A DNA stretch of 64,000 bases. Source: Gammaproteobacteria bacterium. Lineage in GTDB: Bacteria > Pseudomonadota > Gammaproteobacteria > GCA-001735895. Position numbers and translations under genes: made by a program. The stretch is from assembly GCA_050298595.1 (NCBI GenBank), contig JBNKUM010000022.1:38006-102005 (forward strand), read 5' to 3'. Positions 39,894-52,758 of this stretch are shown here, piece by piece (the first letter of the stretch is position 1; every line of letters begins with the position of its first letter). A model generated the notes under the pieces. That model made no database searches. It was not told the origin of the DNA and was given only the letters and a program-made list of their open reading frames with translations.

Positions 39894-40829
39894 TTACTCC
39901 GATAATGTTTGAATTGTTTTTTCAAGACTGTCGAAATCAAAAACGGCCAGACCGTTCATTGATTTGTGTATACGGCGTGTCAGGCCAGTTAAAACCTTAC
40001 CCGGCCCAAATTCGACCAGGTTATCTGCCTGCAGCTCATGCATTGTATTAACACAATCCACCCAGAGTACGGGCTGGAAAAGCTGTAATTTCAATAACTC
40101 ACGAATTTCTTCTACCGAATTAGCGGGTTTTGCATTTTGATTATGCAATACCTTTACATCAGGCATTGTTACATTAATATTCTGTAAGATTTGCGCTAGT
40201 TCCTCGGCAGCTGACTGCATTAGAGCGCAATGCGAAGGAACACTAACCGGCAGGGGTAAAGCCCGTTTTGCACCAAGTTCTTTTGCATTGATCATAGCCT
40301 GCTCAACGCTGCTTTTATTACCTGCGATGACAACCTGCCCTGGTGAGTTAAAATTAACTGCTGCTACTACTCCCTGATCGACCTGTGCACATGCTTTTAC
40401 GACATCTTCATCATCAAGGCCAATGATGGCTGCCATAGCACCTTCGCCATCAGTTACAGCCGATTGCATTAACCGCCCCCTTTCAGAGACCAGACGAATT
40501 GCATCACTAAATTCAATACTATTAGCACAAACCAGAGCTGTGTATTCGCCTAAACTATGTCCGGCATATACTGAAGCAGATGGTTGATCCAGGCTTTGCC
40601 AAACTCTAAAAGCAGCTACCCCGGAGGCAAGCATGGCTGGTTGTGTAATTTCGGTTTGGTTAAGTTTTTCAACAGGTCCTTCGCTGATTAACTTTTTTAA
40701 GTCGTAAGAGAGTGCTTCAGATGCTTCTTCAAATATTTTATCAACGGTTGGCTGGTGATCGTTCCAGCTGGTCATCATACCCACAGACTGTGAGCCCTGA
40801 CCGGGAAATACGAAAGCGAGATTAGTCAT
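39894..40829 (-). CDS. fabD: Malonyl-CoA:ACP transacylase
   Basis: FPGQGSQ, GHSLGEY, VSVPSH, GPGKVL. Confidence 0.97.
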   Translation of the reverse strand: MTNLAFVFPGQGSQSVGMMTSWNDHQPTVDKIFEEASEALSYDLKKLISEGPVEKLNQTEITQPAMLASGVAAFRVWQSLDQPSASVYAGHSLGEYTALVCANSIEFSDAIRLVSERGRLMQSAVTDGEGAMAAIIGLDDEDVVKACAQVDQGVVAAVNFNSPGQVVIAGNKSSVEQAMINAKELGAKRALPLPVSVPSHCALMQSAAEELAQILQNINVTMPDVKVLHNQNAKPANSVEEIRELLKLQLFQPVLWVDCVNTMHELQADNLVEFGPGKVLTGLTRRIHKSMNGLAVFDFDSLEKTIQTLSE

Positions 40830-40945
40830 TCTTTATTCTTGAAGTTAAAAAACGCGATTTTATCATAAAACTTATCTGTTATATCGGTTGTGATTCCCCG
40901 CAAAAACTGGATAATGTCGCGGTTTTCATACACTGGAAAGATTTA

Positions 40946-41164
40946 ATGCCAAAAGGCGATCATATTGAAATGCAAGGTACAGTAATTGATACCTTACCAA
41001 ACACAATGTTTAGGGTAGAGCTAGAAAATGGCCATGTGGTAACTGCTCATATTTCTGGAAAAATGCGTAAACATTATATCCGCATTTTAACCGGGGATAA
41101 GGTGACCGTTGAATTAACGCCTTACGACCTTTCGAAAGGACGAATTACCTTCCGCGAGCGTTAA
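40946..41164 (+). CDS. infA: Translation initiation factor IF-1
   Basis: [14 protein letters not shown]...[16 protein letters not shown]. Confidence 0.98.
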   Translation: MPKGDHIEMQGTVIDTLPNTMFRVELENGHVVTAHISGKMRKHYIRILTGDKVTVELTPYDLSKGRITFRER

Positions 41165-41170
41165 TGTCTG

Positions 41171-41208
41171 AAAGTCACCGAGCTCAGACCTTAGGACTCA
41201 GTGACTTT
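41171..41208. terminator. Hairpin between convergent infA and clpA
   Basis: AAAGTCAC...GTGACTTT inverted repeat. Confidence 0.55.
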
Positions 41209-41213
41209 TACAC

Positions 41214-43484
41214 TCAGACTTCTTCTGCTTCAAGCTTATTTACAGAGCGCGTATGACAAACCAACGCGCCATCCTCGACATCGACCCTGACTTCTCCACC
41301 GGAAGAGAGCTTACCAAACAGTAGCTCATCAGCCAGAATCCGCTTTATTTCATCCTGTATCACTCGCGCCATTGGACGTGCTCCCATTTTGATGTCATAG
41401 CCTTTTTCTGCCAGGTAACGACGAGCGGCATCAGAAACAATCAAATTAACCTTTCGAGCTTCAAGTTGAGACTCAAGCTCAATCAGGAATTTATCAACAA
41501 CATTTAGAATAACTTTGGAGTCCAGTGCCAGGAAATTAATGATAGCATCCAGACGATTTCTAAACTCTGGCGTGAAGATCTTTTTAATGGCCTCGCCGGC
41601 GTCACTACTATGGTCCTGTGGTGCAAACCCCATAGTTGAGCGACTGATTAATTCAGCACCAGCATTCGTAGTCATAACCAGAATAACGTTGCGAAAATCT
41701 GCTCTGCGACCATTATTGTCTGTTAACGTGCCGTTATCCATTACCTGAAGCAGCAGGTTAAAAACATCTGGATGCGCTTTTTCAATCTCATCAAGTAATA
41801 CAACCGAATACGGGTGTTTAAGTACTTCTTCAGTTAATAGGCCTCCTTGATCAAAACCCACATAGCCAGGAGGAGCACCGATTAGACGAGACACAGTGTG
41901 GCGTTCCATATACTCAGACATATCGAAGCGTATCAACTCGACCCCCATTATGTTGGCAAGCTGCTTACACACCTCTGTTTTACCGACACCTGTTGGTCCG
42001 GCAAAAAGAAATGATCCTACAGGCTTTGCATCACGGCCAAGGCCTGAGCGTGACATTTTTATCGCTGCATCAAGTGCCTGAATGGCCTTATCCTGACCAA
42101 ATACTACCCTGGACAGGTTTTTGCCGAGATTTTTCAGCATATCCATATCAGTTGAGCTGACCGTACTACTCGGTATTCGGGCTATACGAGAAACAATTTT
42201 TTCGATATCAACAACCCCAATAGTTTTCTTTCGTTGTTTTTTGGGCAATAAACGGCGATGAGCGCCAGCTTCATCAATCACATCTATGGCCTTATCGGGT
42301 AAATGGCGATCATTAATATACCGGGCTGATAACTCTGATGCCTTTTTTAAGGCCTGCTGAGTATATTTGACGTCATGATGCTCTTCAAAACGTGTCTTAA
42401 GGCCTTTTAAGATGAGGTAAGTTTCATCTACAGAAGGTTCAGGGACATCGATTTTCTGGAAACGTCGAGCTAAGGCGCGGTCTTTTTCAAAAACGCCCCT
42501 ATATTCCTGATAAGTCGTCGAACCAATACATTTCATTTCGCCACTAGCAAGTACTGGTTTAATCAGGTTTGAGGCATCCATAACACCTCCAGAAGCAGAA
42601 CCAGCACCAATAATAGTGTGTATTTCATCAATGAATAAAACAGCGTGAGGTTCGTCTTTAAGTTGCTTAATAACAGCCTTGAGGCGTTTTTCAAAATCCC
42701 CCCTGTACTTGGTTCCTGCAATAAGCGCACCAAGGTCGAGTGAATAAATTGTTGCATCAAGCAACAAGTCTGGCACCGACTCTTCAACAATACGACGAGC
42801 TAAACCCTCAGCAATCGCAGTTTTTCCAACTCCAGCCTCACCTACCAGCAAAGGATTATTTTTTCTACGGCGACACAGCGTTTGCACTACACGCTCTATC
42901 TCTTCATCTCGACCAACTAAGGGGTCAATCTTACCTGCGATTGCCAGCTCATTAAGATTAGATGCGAATGTTTCCAGAGGCTTTTCTTTAGCAGGATCTT
43001 CGTTATACATCTCCGATTCAGAGGAAAAAGAAGCGTCCTCGGTTGGTTCGTCTATACGGCTTATACCGTGAGATAGATAGTTTGTAACATCAAGTCGTTC
43101 GATATTTTGAGCATGTAATAGAAAGACTGCATGCGAATCCTGCTCAGAAAAGATTGCTACCAGAACATTTGCTCCAGAAACCTCGCCCTGCCCTGAAGAT
43201 TGCACATGAAACAATGCGCGTTGCAAGACTCGTTGAAAACCAAGAGTTGGTTGTGTTTCTCTATTTTCATCGCCTAAAAGTAATGGCGTATTTTGATCAA
43301 CAAAAATTTCTAGATCTTCACGCAGCTTTTTCACATCTGCGCCGCATGCCTTAAGGACTGCGATAGCCGAGGCATTTTCCGTTAACATAAGGAGGATATG
43401 CTCAACTGTAATAAACTCATGCCTTTTTTCCCTGGCTTCGAGAAAGGCCTGATTCAGTGACTGTTCTAATTCTTTATTGAGCAT
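41214..43484 (-). CDS. clpA: ATP-dependent Clp protease ATP-binding subunit ClpA
   Basis: Two AAA modules ([16 protein letters not shown]); [14 protein letters not shown]. Confidence 0.97.
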   Translation of the reverse strand: MLNKELEQSLNQAFLEAREKRHEFITVEHILLMLTENASAIAVLKACGADVKKLREDLEIFVDQNTPLLLGDENRETQPTLGFQRVLQRALFHVQSSGQGEVSGANVLVAIFSEQDSHAVFLLHAQNIERLDVTNYLSHGISRIDEPTEDASFSSESEMYNEDPAKEKPLETFASNLNELAIAGKIDPLVGRDEEIERVVQTLCRRRKNNPLLVGEAGVGKTAIAEGLARRIVEESVPDLLLDATIYSLDLGALIAGTKYRGDFEKRLKAVIKQLKDEPHAVLFIDEIHTIIGAGSASGGVMDASNLIKPVLASGEMKCIGSTTYQEYRGVFEKDRALARRFQKIDVPEPSVDETYLILKGLKTRFEEHHDVKYTQQALKKASELSARYINDRHLPDKAIDVIDEAGAHRRLLPKKQRKKTIGVVDIEKIVSRIARIPSSTVSSTDMDMLKNLGKNLSRVVFGQDKAIQALDAAIKMSRSGLGRDAKPVGSFLFAGPTGVGKTEVCKQLANIMGVELIRFDMSEYMERHTVSRLIGAPPGYVGFDQGGLLTEEVLKHPYSVVLLDEIEKAHPDVFNLLLQVMDNGTLTDNNGRRADFRNVILVMTTNAGAELISRSTMGFAPQDHSSDAGEAIKKIFTPEFRNRLDAIINFLALDSKVILNVVDKFLIELESQLEARKVNLIVSDAARRYLAEKGYDIKMGARPMARVIQDEIKRILADELLFGKLSSGGEVRVDVEDGALVCHTRSVNKLEAEEV

Positions 43485-43547
43485 TATTTTTTGACTACTA
43501 ATAAAAGTTGAAATTCCTTAGAGTTTAGTACGAAGACGTTTAAGTTC

Positions 43548-43862
43548 CTATATTTCTTCCAAATCGCACAATAAGGGGTGTTTATTTTCACGTGAATAGT
43601 TATTCACCTGCACCACTTTGGTTTCAGCGATATCCTTCGTATAAATACCACATACTCCCTTACCCTGTTTATGGACATTCAACATAATCTGTGTGGCTTT
43701 CTCTCGAGAGTGACTGAAAATCAACTCAAGAATATGCACGACAAACTCCATTGGAGTGTAGTCATCATTAATTAAAACCACCTTGAACATAGGAGGCTTT
43801 TTTAATTTCGGTTTTGTATGTTCAAGTAAAACGGTATCGTCATCATCAGTCAAATGACTCAT
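43548..43862 (-). CDS. clpS: Clp adaptor ClpS
   Basis: [22 protein letters not shown]. Confidence 0.96.
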   Translation of the reverse strand: MSHLTDDDDTVLLEHTKPKLKKPPMFKVVLINDDYTPMEFVVHILELIFSHSREKATQIMLNVHKQGKGVCGIYTKDIAETKVVQVNNYSRENKHPLLCDLEEI

Positions 43863-44067
43863 AAAATCTCTCAAGTGAATAATATTTTACTAACATAATG
43901 CTGTACTAAACCTTTTTCAACTTTGACATAGAAAAATTTTGAGAATTATTTACAGTTATTTGAGAGTTTTTTTGCTAAAATATGTGAATCAGTCGACAAG
44001 ATTGATAGGGCTTATAAAAAATACAAATGGGAAACATAAATTAAAACCTTATAGTAGAGGAAGTATT

Positions 44068-44280
44068 ATGGCCACTGGAACAGTAAAATGGTTTAGTAAT
44101 GTAAAGGGTTATGGATTTGTCAACACAGATGAAAATGAGGCAGAGGATATTTTCGCACATTTTTCAGCTATTGAAATGGAAGGCTACAAAAAGCTGACAT
44201 CTGGACAAAAAATCGAATTTGATATTAATGAAGGTCCTAAAGGTCTTCAGGCTTTGAATATTCGATCGGCAAATAATTAA
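44068..44280 (+). CDS. cspD: Cold-shock domain protein CspD
   Basis: MATGTVKWFSNVKGYGF, DIFAHFSAIEMEGYK; divergent from clpS. Confidence 0.9.
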   Translation: MATGTVKWFSNVKGYGFVNTDENEAEDIFAHFSAIEMEGYKKLTSGQKIEFDINEGPKGLQALNIRSANN

Positions 44281-44357
44281 ATCCATCAGCATCAACTAAA
44301 TAATGTAGAGATTAAGCTTTAACTTAATTAAAAAAACCTTATAGGTTTGTGTCTGTC

Positions 44358-44400
44358 AAATCCTGCACCGAAAAGCGCCTCGCTCTTCGGTGCGGATTTT
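44358..44400 (+). terminator. Probable terminator after cspD
   Basis: GCACCGAA...TTCGGTGC stem with flanking AAATCC/GGATTT, followed by T's. Confidence 0.55.
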
Positions 44401-44443
44401 CTGTGTATAATCCTCTCCTTTACCCTGAACCCAGAGGATATTC

Positions 44444-45700
44444 ATGATCTATCAACATATCTCAATTCCTGAACTGGGGGTGGCTATAACAGCCAATCCA
44501 GATAACTCCCTAAATGTGCCTGATAACCCAATTATTCCTTATATCGAAGGTGATGGTATCGGTTCTGACATTACTCCAGCGATGCTTATAGTGGTTGATG
44601 CTGCCGTAGAGAAAGCCTACCAAGGGCAGCGAAAAATTCATTGGATGGAGATCTATGCTGGTGAAAAGGCTACTCAAACCTATGGTGAAAACGAATGGCT
44701 ACCTGAAGAAAGTCTCAAAGCAATGCAAAACTTCATTGTTTCAATCAAAGGCCCATTAACAACCCCTGTTGGTGGAGGCATGAGATCGTTGAATGTAACT
44801 ATTCGTCAGAAGCTGGATTTATATGCTTGTGTCCGCCCTATTCGTTATTTCCAGGGCATCGAAACCCCTCTTAAGCGGCCTGAAGATACGGAAATGATCA
44901 TTTTTCGTGAGAATACCGAAGATATTTATGCTGGTATTGAATGGGCAGAAGGTTCAGAAGATGTTAATAAAATTATTGATTTTCTAATCTCTGAAATGGG
45001 TGTGGATAGCATACGCTTTCCAGAAACATCGGGTATTGGGGTAAAACCTGTCTCTTCTGAAGGATCAAAACGTCTGATACGTCTTGCTATTCAGTACGCA
45101 ATTGACAACGATCGGGACTCTGTGACTCTGGTTCATAAAGGCAATATCATGAAATATACCGAAGGTCTATTTCGAAATGCAGGTTATGAGCTGGCAAAAG
45201 AAGAGTTTGGTGCAACCCTGATAGGTGAAGGCCCCTGGTGTGAGTTTACCAATCCAAAAACTGGAAAAACCATCACCGTTAATGATGTTATTGCAGACAA
45301 TTTCCTTCAGCAAATCCTCTTACGACCAGCTAACTATGATGTCATCGCTACGCTTAACCTCAATGGTGATTACATATCAGACGCACTAGCTGCACAAGTA
45401 GGTGGCATTGGGATTGCTCCTGGCGCGAATATTGCTGATACCATAGGTGTTTTTGAAGCCACTCATGGCACGGCGCCAAAGTATACCGGTCTGAATAAGG
45501 TAAATCCTGGGTCACTAATACTTTCTGCTGAAATGATGCTGCGCTATATGGGCTGGATTGAAGCCGCTGATTTAATTATCAAGGGTATGGAAGGCGCGAT
45601 TGGCTCTAGGCATGTTACCTATGACCTTGCTCGTAATGAACCGGATGCAATCGAACTTAGCACGACAGACTTTGGCCACGAAGTTGTGGCTAATATGTAA
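44444..45700 (+). CDS. icd: NADP-dependent isocitrate dehydrogenase
   Basis: [42 protein letters not shown]. Confidence 0.97.
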   Translation: MIYQHISIPELGVAITANPDNSLNVPDNPIIPYIEGDGIGSDITPAMLIVVDAAVEKAYQGQRKIHWMEIYAGEKATQTYGENEWLPEESLKAMQNFIVSIKGPLTTPVGGGMRSLNVTIRQKLDLYACVRPIRYFQGIETPLKRPEDTEMIIFRENTEDIYAGIEWAEGSEDVNKIIDFLISEMGVDSIRFPETSGIGVKPVSSEGSKRLIRLAIQYAIDNDRDSVTLVHKGNIMKYTEGLFRNAGYELAKEEFGATLIGEGPWCEFTNPKTGKTITVNDVIADNFLQQILLRPANYDVIATLNLNGDYISDALAAQVGGIGIAPGANIADTIGVFEATHGTAPKYTGLNKVNPGSLILSAEMMLRYMGWIEAADLIIKGMEGAIGSRHVTYDLARNEPDAIELSTTDFGHEVVANM

Positions 45701-45729
45701 ATTATGACGGCTGTTCTTATGGCCGTTTT

Positions 45730-46575
45730 TTATGCATGAGAGATTAAAGGCTTACTAAATCGTTTTAATCCTGCGACTTCGACAATTTTGGTAGAAATTT
45801 CTTCAATCGACATGGTAGTTGTATTCAAATAAGGCACATGGAACTTCTCAAGCATATGCTCCGCAGCTTTGACTTCGTAACGACATTGATCCATTGAGGC
45901 ATATCGACTTCCTGGACGTCTTTCTTCACGAATATGCGCAAGACGATAAGGATCAGTAGTTAAGCCAAACAGCTTATTTTTAAATGGCCTTAAATGTTTA
46001 GGTAGATCTTCTGAATCCATATCCTCTTCGGTAATAGGATAATTCGCTGCCTTAATACCAAACTGTAATGCAAGATATAGACAGGTGGGTGTTTTGCCAC
46101 TTCTAGAAACACCAAGAATGATGATATCGGTTTTATCGTAGAGTTTGGTTGTTGCACCATCATCGTGGATTAGAGAAAAGTCAATGGCGTCAATACGTGA
46201 TTCATATAAAGTCTGGTTGGAGATTCGATGTGATTGTCCCGATTCATGAATAGAGTGTGCATGTAAGGTAGCTTCAAGATCAGGCAAAAAACGATCAAAA
46301 GGATCTAACACCAGCGCTTTAGAGGATAATATGATTTTGCTAATCTCTTCGTCAGCCATGGTAGAAATTACAATTGGCCGCATACCTGTAGCCTCTGCTT
46401 CGTTGTTTATCCTTTCAACAATTTTATTTGCTTTAGATTTATCGTCGACAAAGGGAATGGTTATAGATGAAAAATCAACTTTCGGAAACTGGGCTAATAG
46501 ACTATATCCCAAAGTCTCAGCAGTAATAGCGGTTCGATTAGAAAGGAAAAATACGGGTATTGATTTAGTGTCCAT
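45730..46575 (-). CDS. ppsR: PEP synthase regulatory kinase/pyrophosphorylase
   Basis: TAITAETLG, HDDG, GVSRSGKTPT; divergent from ppsA; start approximate. Confidence 0.92.
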   Translation of the reverse strand: MDTKSIPVFFLSNRTAITAETLGYSLLAQFPKVDFSSITIPFVDDKSKANKIVERINNEAEATGMRPIVISTMADEEISKIILSSKALVLDPFDRFLPDLEATLHAHSIHESGQSHRISNQTLYESRIDAIDFSLIHDDGATTKLYDKTDIIILGVSRSGKTPTCLYLALQFGIKAANYPITEEDMDSEDLPKHLRPFKNKLFGLTTDPYRLAHIREERRPGSRYASMDQCRYEVKAAEHMLEKFHVPYLNTTTMSIEEISTKIVEVAGLKRFSKPLISHA

Positions 46576-46695
46576 AGGAATTCTCATAAACTTATAAAAA
46601 CTTCTTATAAGAAAATACATTTAGTCGTTGGATGTTATTACGATTATGTTACATTTCCTTATTATTAATAACTAATACTAACTCATTGTCTAATT

Positions 46696-49074
46696 ATGAT
46701 TTCAAACAAATTTGTAATTGATCTCGATCAACTGGGAATGAATGATGTTCCTGTTGTTGGTGGAAAAAACGCTTCTCTTGGAGAAATGATATCCAACCTT
46801 TCAAATCTAGGTGTATCCGTACCGGGAGGTTTTGCAACCACTGCTGAAGCTTTTCGTGACTTCCTGGTCGAAGCCGGATTAAAACAAAAAATTGATACCA
46901 TGCTTATCGAACTGAATGTGGACGATGTTAACGCGCTCGCTCTGGCCGGTAAGCAAATACGTCAATGGGTAATTGATGCCCCTCTACCGACTCAACTGGA
47001 ATTAGAAATCAGGAAGTCATATGAAAGCTTATCCATTGAGGGCAAAGATGCCACGGTAGCAGTTCGCTCATCAGCAACAGCCGAAGATTTACCTGATGCA
47101 TCATTTGCCGGGCAACAGGAAACCTTTCTAAACATTCAGGGTATAGATCAGGTTCTGCATGCCGTAAAACTTGTGTTTGCATCCCTGTTCAATGATCGGG
47201 CGATTTCATATCGCGTTCATCAGGGTTTTGAACATGCTGAAGTTGCCTTGTCCGCAGGTATCCAGTTGATGGTTCGAAGCGACCTGGCTTCAAGTGGTGT
47301 TATGTTTAGTGTTGATACTGAATCTGGATTTGAAGATGTGGTTTTTATTACTGCGAGTTATGGTCTGGGTGAAACCGTTGTACAGGGCGCGGTAAACCCT
47401 GATGAATTCTATGTCTACAAAAAGGCACTTAGCGCAGGTAGAAAATCAATTCTGCAAAAGAACCGCGGCAGTAAATTAATAAAAATGATATACGCTCAGG
47501 GGGAAGCCCCAGAGCATGCAATACAGACCGTTAAGGTTGATAAACAGGAGCGCAGCCTTTTTTGTATTACGGATGAAGATATTACAGAACTGGCTAAGAT
47601 GGCTATGACCATCGAGAAACATTACCAGCGTCCTATGGATATAGAATGGGCGAAAGATGGAATAAGCGGAAAACTATTCATTGTTCAGGCTCGCCCGGAA
47701 ACGGTTGTTTCTCGTGAAGGAAAAGTCATAGAACGCTATGTACTTAAACAGGAACCTAAAAAATATCTGGTTGAAGGACGTGCAGTAGGCAATCGTATTG
47801 GACAGGGTGAGTCCAAGGTGATCAGCGACCTGTCACAAATGGATCAGATCAATGAAGGCGATGTACTGGTAACCGATATGACCGACCCTGACTGGGAACC
47901 GATCATGAAAAGAGCCTCTGCCATCGTTACCAACCGTGGCGGAAGAACCTGCCATGCAGCAATCATTGCTCGCGAGCTAAGTATCCCTGCTCTGGTAGGT
48001 ACTGGTGATGCAACCCAGGTTATTCCTAATGGTGTTGATATCACTGTGACCTGTGCTAATGGTGATACAGGGCATGTTTACGAGGGACTGCTGGAGTTCG
48101 AACATCAGAAACACGAATTGACCAATATGCCTGAGATTCCAGTCAAGGTAATGATGAATGTCGGCAACCCGGAACGCGCTTTTGGATTTGCTCGTCTTCC
48201 ACATAAAGGTGTCGGATTAGCACGCCTCGAATTCATCATCAATAAAATGATTGGTATCCATCCTAAGGCGTTGCTCAAATTCGATGAAATGGATGCTGAC
48301 TTACAGGATACCATCAAAAATCGCATATCCGGATACGCCTCACCTGTCGATTATTATGTCGACCGTTTGAGTGAAGGCATAGCTACTCTGGGCGCGGCTT
48401 TTGCCCCAGAAAGAGTCATTGTGCGCCTGTCAGATTTCAAATCTAACGAGTATGCTCACTTGATCGGTGGCGAAATTTTTGAACCTGAAGAAGAAAATCC
48501 AATGATTGGGTATCGTGGTGCATCACGTTATATCTCAGAAGATTTTCATGAATGCTTTGCGCTTGAGTGTGAAGCTGTCAAACGCGTGCGCAATGAGATG
48601 GGCATTTCCAATGTCGAGATCATGATTCCTTTTGTTCGTACACTGGCTGAAGCTGCTGGCGTTATTGAGTTACTGAAGAAGAATGGTCTGGAACGCGGCA
48701 AAGATGGATTAAAGATCATCATGATGTGTGAGCTACCATCCAACGTATTACTAGCCGAACAGTTCCTCGAATATTTCGATGGATTCTCAATCGGCTCTAA
48801 TGACCTGACTCAGCTAACGCTTGGTCTTGATCGTGACTCTGGACTAATTGCCCATTCATTCGACGAAAGAAATCCTGCGGTGATGATGCTTATAGAACAG
48901 GCTATTAACGCCTGTAAAAAAGCGGGTAAATACGTGGGTATTTGCGGACAGGGACCCTCAGATCACCCTGACCTCGCCAAATGGTTGCTGGAAAAAGGTA
49001 TCGATAGCGTATCGCTTAATCCTGATACAGTGATTGAAACCTGGTTATTCATGGCTGATCAATCTGCAACATGA
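46696..49074 (+). CDS. ppsA: Phosphoenolpyruvate synthase
   Basis: [39 protein letters not shown]. Confidence 0.97.
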   Translation: MISNKFVIDLDQLGMNDVPVVGGKNASLGEMISNLSNLGVSVPGGFATTAEAFRDFLVEAGLKQKIDTMLIELNVDDVNALALAGKQIRQWVIDAPLPTQLELEIRKSYESLSIEGKDATVAVRSSATAEDLPDASFAGQQETFLNIQGIDQVLHAVKLVFASLFNDRAISYRVHQGFEHAEVALSAGIQLMVRSDLASSGVMFSVDTESGFEDVVFITASYGLGETVVQGAVNPDEFYVYKKALSAGRKSILQKNRGSKLIKMIYAQGEAPEHAIQTVKVDKQERSLFCITDEDITELAKMAMTIEKHYQRPMDIEWAKDGISGKLFIVQARPETVVSREGKVIERYVLKQEPKKYLVEGRAVGNRIGQGESKVISDLSQMDQINEGDVLVTDMTDPDWEPIMKRASAIVTNRGGRTCHAAIIARELSIPALVGTGDATQVIPNGVDITVTCANGDTGHVYEGLLEFEHQKHELTNMPEIPVKVMMNVGNPERAFGFARLPHKGVGLARLEFIINKMIGIHPKALLKFDEMDADLQDTIKNRISGYASPVDYYVDRLSEGIATLGAAFAPERVIVRLSDFKSNEYAHLIGGEIFEPEEENPMIGYRGASRYISEDFHECFALECEAVKRVRNEMGISNVEIMIPFVRTLAEAAGVIELLKKNGLERGKDGLKIIMMCELPSNVLLAEQFLEYFDGFSIGSNDLTQLTLGLDRDSGLIAHSFDERNPAVMMLIEQAINACKKAGKYVGICGQGPSDHPDLAKWLLEKGIDSVSLNPDTVIETWLFMADQSAT

Positions 49075-50009
49075 GTCAGGAAGTTTTTGAACACCTCGGA
49101 CACGGCGTTTACCACCTTGATGCGCACTACATAAAGCCAGGTATCGCCAGTCTGTATTGTGTAGTGCACAATCAACAGGTTGCCATCATCGAAACCGGCA
49201 CTGCACATAGCTTGCCCTATGTGCAGCAATGTCTGGATGAACTCTCATTATCCGCTGATCAGGTGAAGTATATCGTCCCGACGCATGTACATCTTGATCA
49301 TGCCGGTGGCGCTGGCGTTATGATGCGTGAATTCCCTCAGGCGCAATTGATCATCCATCCGCGTGGCGCCAGGCACATGATTGATCCGGAAAAACTTGTT
49401 GCTGCTACCCGTATAGTTTATGGCGATGAGGTTTTTGATAAACTATATGGCGAAATACCACCCATAGCCACAGAACGGGTTATCTCTGCAGATCATCTTT
49501 ACAGCTTTAAACTGGATGATCGTGAATTCATCATTATTGATACCCCGGGACATGCCTATCATCATTTCTGTGTCGTCGATCCTGCCAGTGCTGGAATCTT
49601 TACCGGCGACACTTTTGGACTGTCCTATCCCGGTCTATTGAATAAAGGCAAAAGATTCATCATGCCCACCACTACACCCTCTCATTTTGATCCAGAGGCG
49701 CTACACCAGTCGATAGATCTGATAATGTCCTACAAGCCTGATCGCATGTATCTGACCCATTTTAATCTGCTGCCAGACCCCGCTTCGCTGGTGGATCATT
49801 ACCATACGATGATCGACAAATACGTCGATATCACCACAGCTATCAAACCAGATTCCGATGAACGCACTGCCCTGCTTATACAGACAATGGGTGATTTATA
49901 TGCTGAGGAATACGGGCTGGATTCAGAGACTATAACTGGTCAGCTAGCAATGGATATCAAACTCAATTGTCAGGGACTTGCGCACTGGTATCAGCATAGT
50001 GGACGATAA
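49071..50009 (+). CDS. MBL-fold metallo-hydrolase
   Basis: [26 protein letters not shown]. Confidence 0.9.
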   Translation: MSQEVFEHLGHGVYHLDAHYIKPGIASLYCVVHNQQVAIIETGTAHSLPYVQQCLDELSLSADQVKYIVPTHVHLDHAGGAGVMMREFPQAQLIIHPRGARHMIDPEKLVAATRIVYGDEVFDKLYGEIPPIATERVISADHLYSFKLDDREFIIIDTPGHAYHHFCVVDPASAGIFTGDTFGLSYPGLLNKGKRFIMPTTTPSHFDPEALHQSIDLIMSYKPDRMYLTHFNLLPDPASLVDHYHTMIDKYVDITTAIKPDSDERTALLIQTMGDLYAEEYGLDSETITGQLAMDIKLNCQGLAHWYQHSGR

Positions 50010-50475
50010 CTCCGCAATCTGGAAACCACATGTCACTGTTGCCGCCATAACCGAGCGCGATGGCAGATTTTTGATGGTTAGAGAGTCGATTGAGGGCCGC
50101 GAGATGTTCAATCAACCGGCTGGGCATGTAGAACCCAACGAAACCGTTGAGCAGGCAGTGATTCGAGAAACACTGGAAGAAACCAGTTATCCCTTTACGC
50201 CAAAACAGCTTTGCGGCATCTACCGGTTTATTCCTGACCCTTCGAGCAACCTGACCTATCTGCGTTTTTCTATTAGCGGAGAAGTCGGTGAAAAACTGAA
50301 TACCTCACTGGATACGGGTATTCTCTCAGTTGAGTGGATGACTTTAGATGAGATACGCCAATCACAGGATGTGCACCGTTCTCCCATGGTGCTTCAGTGC
50401 GTACTGGACTATCTGGAAAAACCATCCTACCCTTTGCAGGTCTTCAGATCCTCATTTGCTAAAAGTGCTGCGTAA
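49999..50475 (+). CDS. nudJ: NUDIX hydrolase (NudJ-like)
   Basis: WKPHVTVAA, NQPAGH.E..E....AVIRETLEET; upstream of mnmA. Confidence 0.85.
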   Translation: MDDNSAIWKPHVTVAAITERDGRFLMVRESIEGREMFNQPAGHVEPNETVEQAVIRETLEETSYPFTPKQLCGIYRFIPDPSSNLTYLRFSISGEVGEKLNTSLDTGILSVEWMTLDEIRQSQDVHRSPMVLQCVLDYLEKPSYPLQVFRSSFAKSAA

Positions 50476-51028
50476 TATTTTCATTTTATTATCTCTGTTA
50501 CTCTCGCCAGGCCTGATGGCTAGTCAGGCAGAGTTTACCCAGTGTTCAGATTTTGGCTGTAAAACCAGAATCGAGCTTGATCTCAGTATGCAGCAATGGT
50601 CAGCAATACATCAGACCTTTGCGCCACCTGCTGCCACTGCTTTGCAGGAAAAATTCCAGATTCGTCAGGCCATCGCCTTAATGGAACAATTTACCGGTGA
50701 AATAACCGGCAGCTACATGGATAAAGCTAAAAACTATCCCGGAGTCGACCTGCCACACCAGCAGGATTGTATAGACGAATCGACCAATACCTTCCAATAC
50801 CTGTTCGCACTGCAGAAACGAGGCTGGCTGAAATGGCACAAAGTAGCAGGCAAGCAGCGCCGTATTGTCTGGTTTGCCAGTCACTGGACAGCATTGATTG
50901 AAGATCTCACCGACCATCAGATCTATGCAGTCGATTCATGGTATCGCGATAACGGCGAGCCCCCATACATTCAGAAACTTGAAGACTGGAAGGTTAAAAA
51001 ATCTTTCCCGATCGCATTGAACCCCTAA
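50465..51028 (+). CDS. Exported hypothetical protein with a possible Cys-His-Asp triad
   Basis: Signal-like N-terminus from GTG 50465; [25 protein letters not shown]. Confidence 0.7.
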   Translation: MLRNIFILLSLLLSPGLMASQAEFTQCSDFGCKTRIELDLSMQQWSAIHQTFAPPAATALQEKFQIRQAIALMEQFTGEITGSYMDKAKNYPGVDLPHQQDCIDESTNTFQYLFALQKRGWLKWHKVAGKQRRIVWFASHWTALIEDLTDHQIYAVDSWYRDNGEPPYIQKLEDWKVKKSFPIALNP

Positions 51029-51032
51029 CATC

Positions 51033-52124
51033 ATGAGCGAAAAAATCATTATAGGCATGTCCGGTGGTGTCGACTCCTCGGTTGCAGCGCTGTTACTCAA
51101 ACAACAGGGCTACGAGGTAGAAGCCCTGTTCATGAAGAACTGGGAAGAAGACGATACCGAAGAGTATTGTTCTGCCCATATTGATCTGGCTGATGCGCAA
51201 CAGGTGTGCGATAAACTGGATATCCCGCTTCATTCGGTCAATTTTGCAACCGAATACTGGGACCATGTATTTGAATATTTCCTGGCCGAATATAAGGCAG
51301 GCCGTACACCTAACCCGGATATCATGTGCAACAAGGAAATCAAGTTTAAAGCCTTTCTCGATTTCGCTTTATCACTAGGGGCCAGTCGAATAGCCACTGG
51401 TCACTATGTGCAGAACCGTACCGTCGAGGAGCGTACCGAGTTACTGCGCGGCCTTGATAGCAATAAAGATCAGTCCTACTTCCTGCACACCTTAAGTAGC
51501 TATCAAATCTCCAAAGCATTATTTCCTGTCGGCAAATTGGAAAAGCCTCTGGTTCGGCAAATAGCCGCAGAAAATGGCTTTGATGTATTTAATAAAAAAG
51601 ACTCTACCGGTATTTGCTTTATTGGCGAACGCAAGTTTAAGGATTTTCTTGAACAGTTCATTCCTGCACAGCCCGGTGATATTCAAAACCTTGAAGGAAT
51701 AACGCTAGGTCAGCACAGTGGCCTGATGTTCTATACCATAGGACAACGTCAGGGTCTGGGTATAGGCGGCCTTCAAAACGCTTCAGAAGAGCCATGGTTC
51801 GTAGTCGATAAAGACCTTGAAAATAATGTTCTACTGGTCGCCCAGGGGCACGACCACCCTGCACTTTTTCATACCCATTGCCAGATCCAGAATCTGCACT
51901 GGATAAACCCGCAAACCTTTGATCCAACTCAGGCCCTGACTGCAAAAATCCGCTATCGGCAGCAGGATCAGGCCTGTACAATCACGCAAATTCAAAAGGA
52001 TACCGCAACCATAGCTTTCACACAGGCACAACGGGCAATAACTCCTGGACAGTCACTTGTTTTTTATCAGGATGAGATCTGTCTTGGCGGTGGAATCATC
52101 GAGAAAGCTTTCAATCTATCATGA
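51033..52124 (+). CDS. mnmA: tRNA 2-thiouridylase MnmA
   Basis: [33 protein letters not shown]. Confidence 0.97.
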   Translation: MSEKIIIGMSGGVDSSVAALLLKQQGYEVEALFMKNWEEDDTEEYCSAHIDLADAQQVCDKLDIPLHSVNFATEYWDHVFEYFLAEYKAGRTPNPDIMCNKEIKFKAFLDFALSLGASRIATGHYVQNRTVEERTELLRGLDSNKDQSYFLHTLSSYQISKALFPVGKLEKPLVRQIAAENGFDVFNKKDSTGICFIGERKFKDFLEQFIPAQPGDIQNLEGITLGQHSGLMFYTIGQRQGLGIGGLQNASEEPWFVVDKDLENNVLLVAQGHDHPALFHTHCQIQNLHWINPQTFDPTQALTAKIRYRQQDQACTITQIQKDTATIAFTQAQRAITPGQSLVFYQDEICLGGGIIEKAFNLS

Positions 52125-52747
52125 GCAATCTACATCACCAGACGCTGGCGCTGGCCAGTATGTTTCAGTCTGCCAATCTGATCAATCAGATGGCAAGAGG
52201 TGAAACCATAAATCAGGCCGCATTCGATTGCAGCTGCGATAGTTTATTCACGCTTGATGCGTCCTCGGTAGAGGATATTTTTGGTCCGGGCGACGGGCTG
52301 ATGCTGGGACTAAAGGCTCTGATAGCCTATCTGGGAGGAGAAGAAAAGAATCCCGATCGGACAATCGCTTATTACGTGCTGTCTATGATCAAGCTTGAAA
52401 GCCGACTACTGAAAAACTCTAAAATGGTCGATTCGGTGCAGAAGGGTCTGCAAGACATTCAAAGGCAGACGCATGACTTTGACATGTCACCTATGGCCCG
52501 TGTACATAAAATCGACGGTCTATATCAGGAAACAATCAGTCAGATTAAACCCAGGATTATGGTTCAGGGTGATCAGCATTATCTGAGTAATTCTGATAAC
52601 ACGAGCAAAATCCGAACCCTTTTATTTGCTGGCATACGAGCTACAGTACTCTGGAGACAACTGGGTGGTTCTCGATTGAAACTACTTTTCTCACGCAAAA
52701 AATATGTGCAGCAAGCTCGGGAAATTCTTACCCGTATGGATAACTAA
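52121..52747 (+). CDS. hflD: High frequency lysogenization protein HflD
   Basis: [38 protein letters not shown]; follows mnmA. Confidence 0.92.
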   Translation: MSNLHHQTLALASMFQSANLINQMARGETINQAAFDCSCDSLFTLDASSVEDIFGPGDGLMLGLKALIAYLGGEEKNPDRTIAYYVLSMIKLESRLLKNSKMVDSVQKGLQDIQRQTHDFDMSPMARVHKIDGLYQETISQIKPRIMVQGDQHYLSNSDNTSKIRTLLFAGIRATVLWRQLGGSRLKLLFSRKKYVQQAREILTRMDN

Positions 52748-52758
52748 TCAACAAATTC

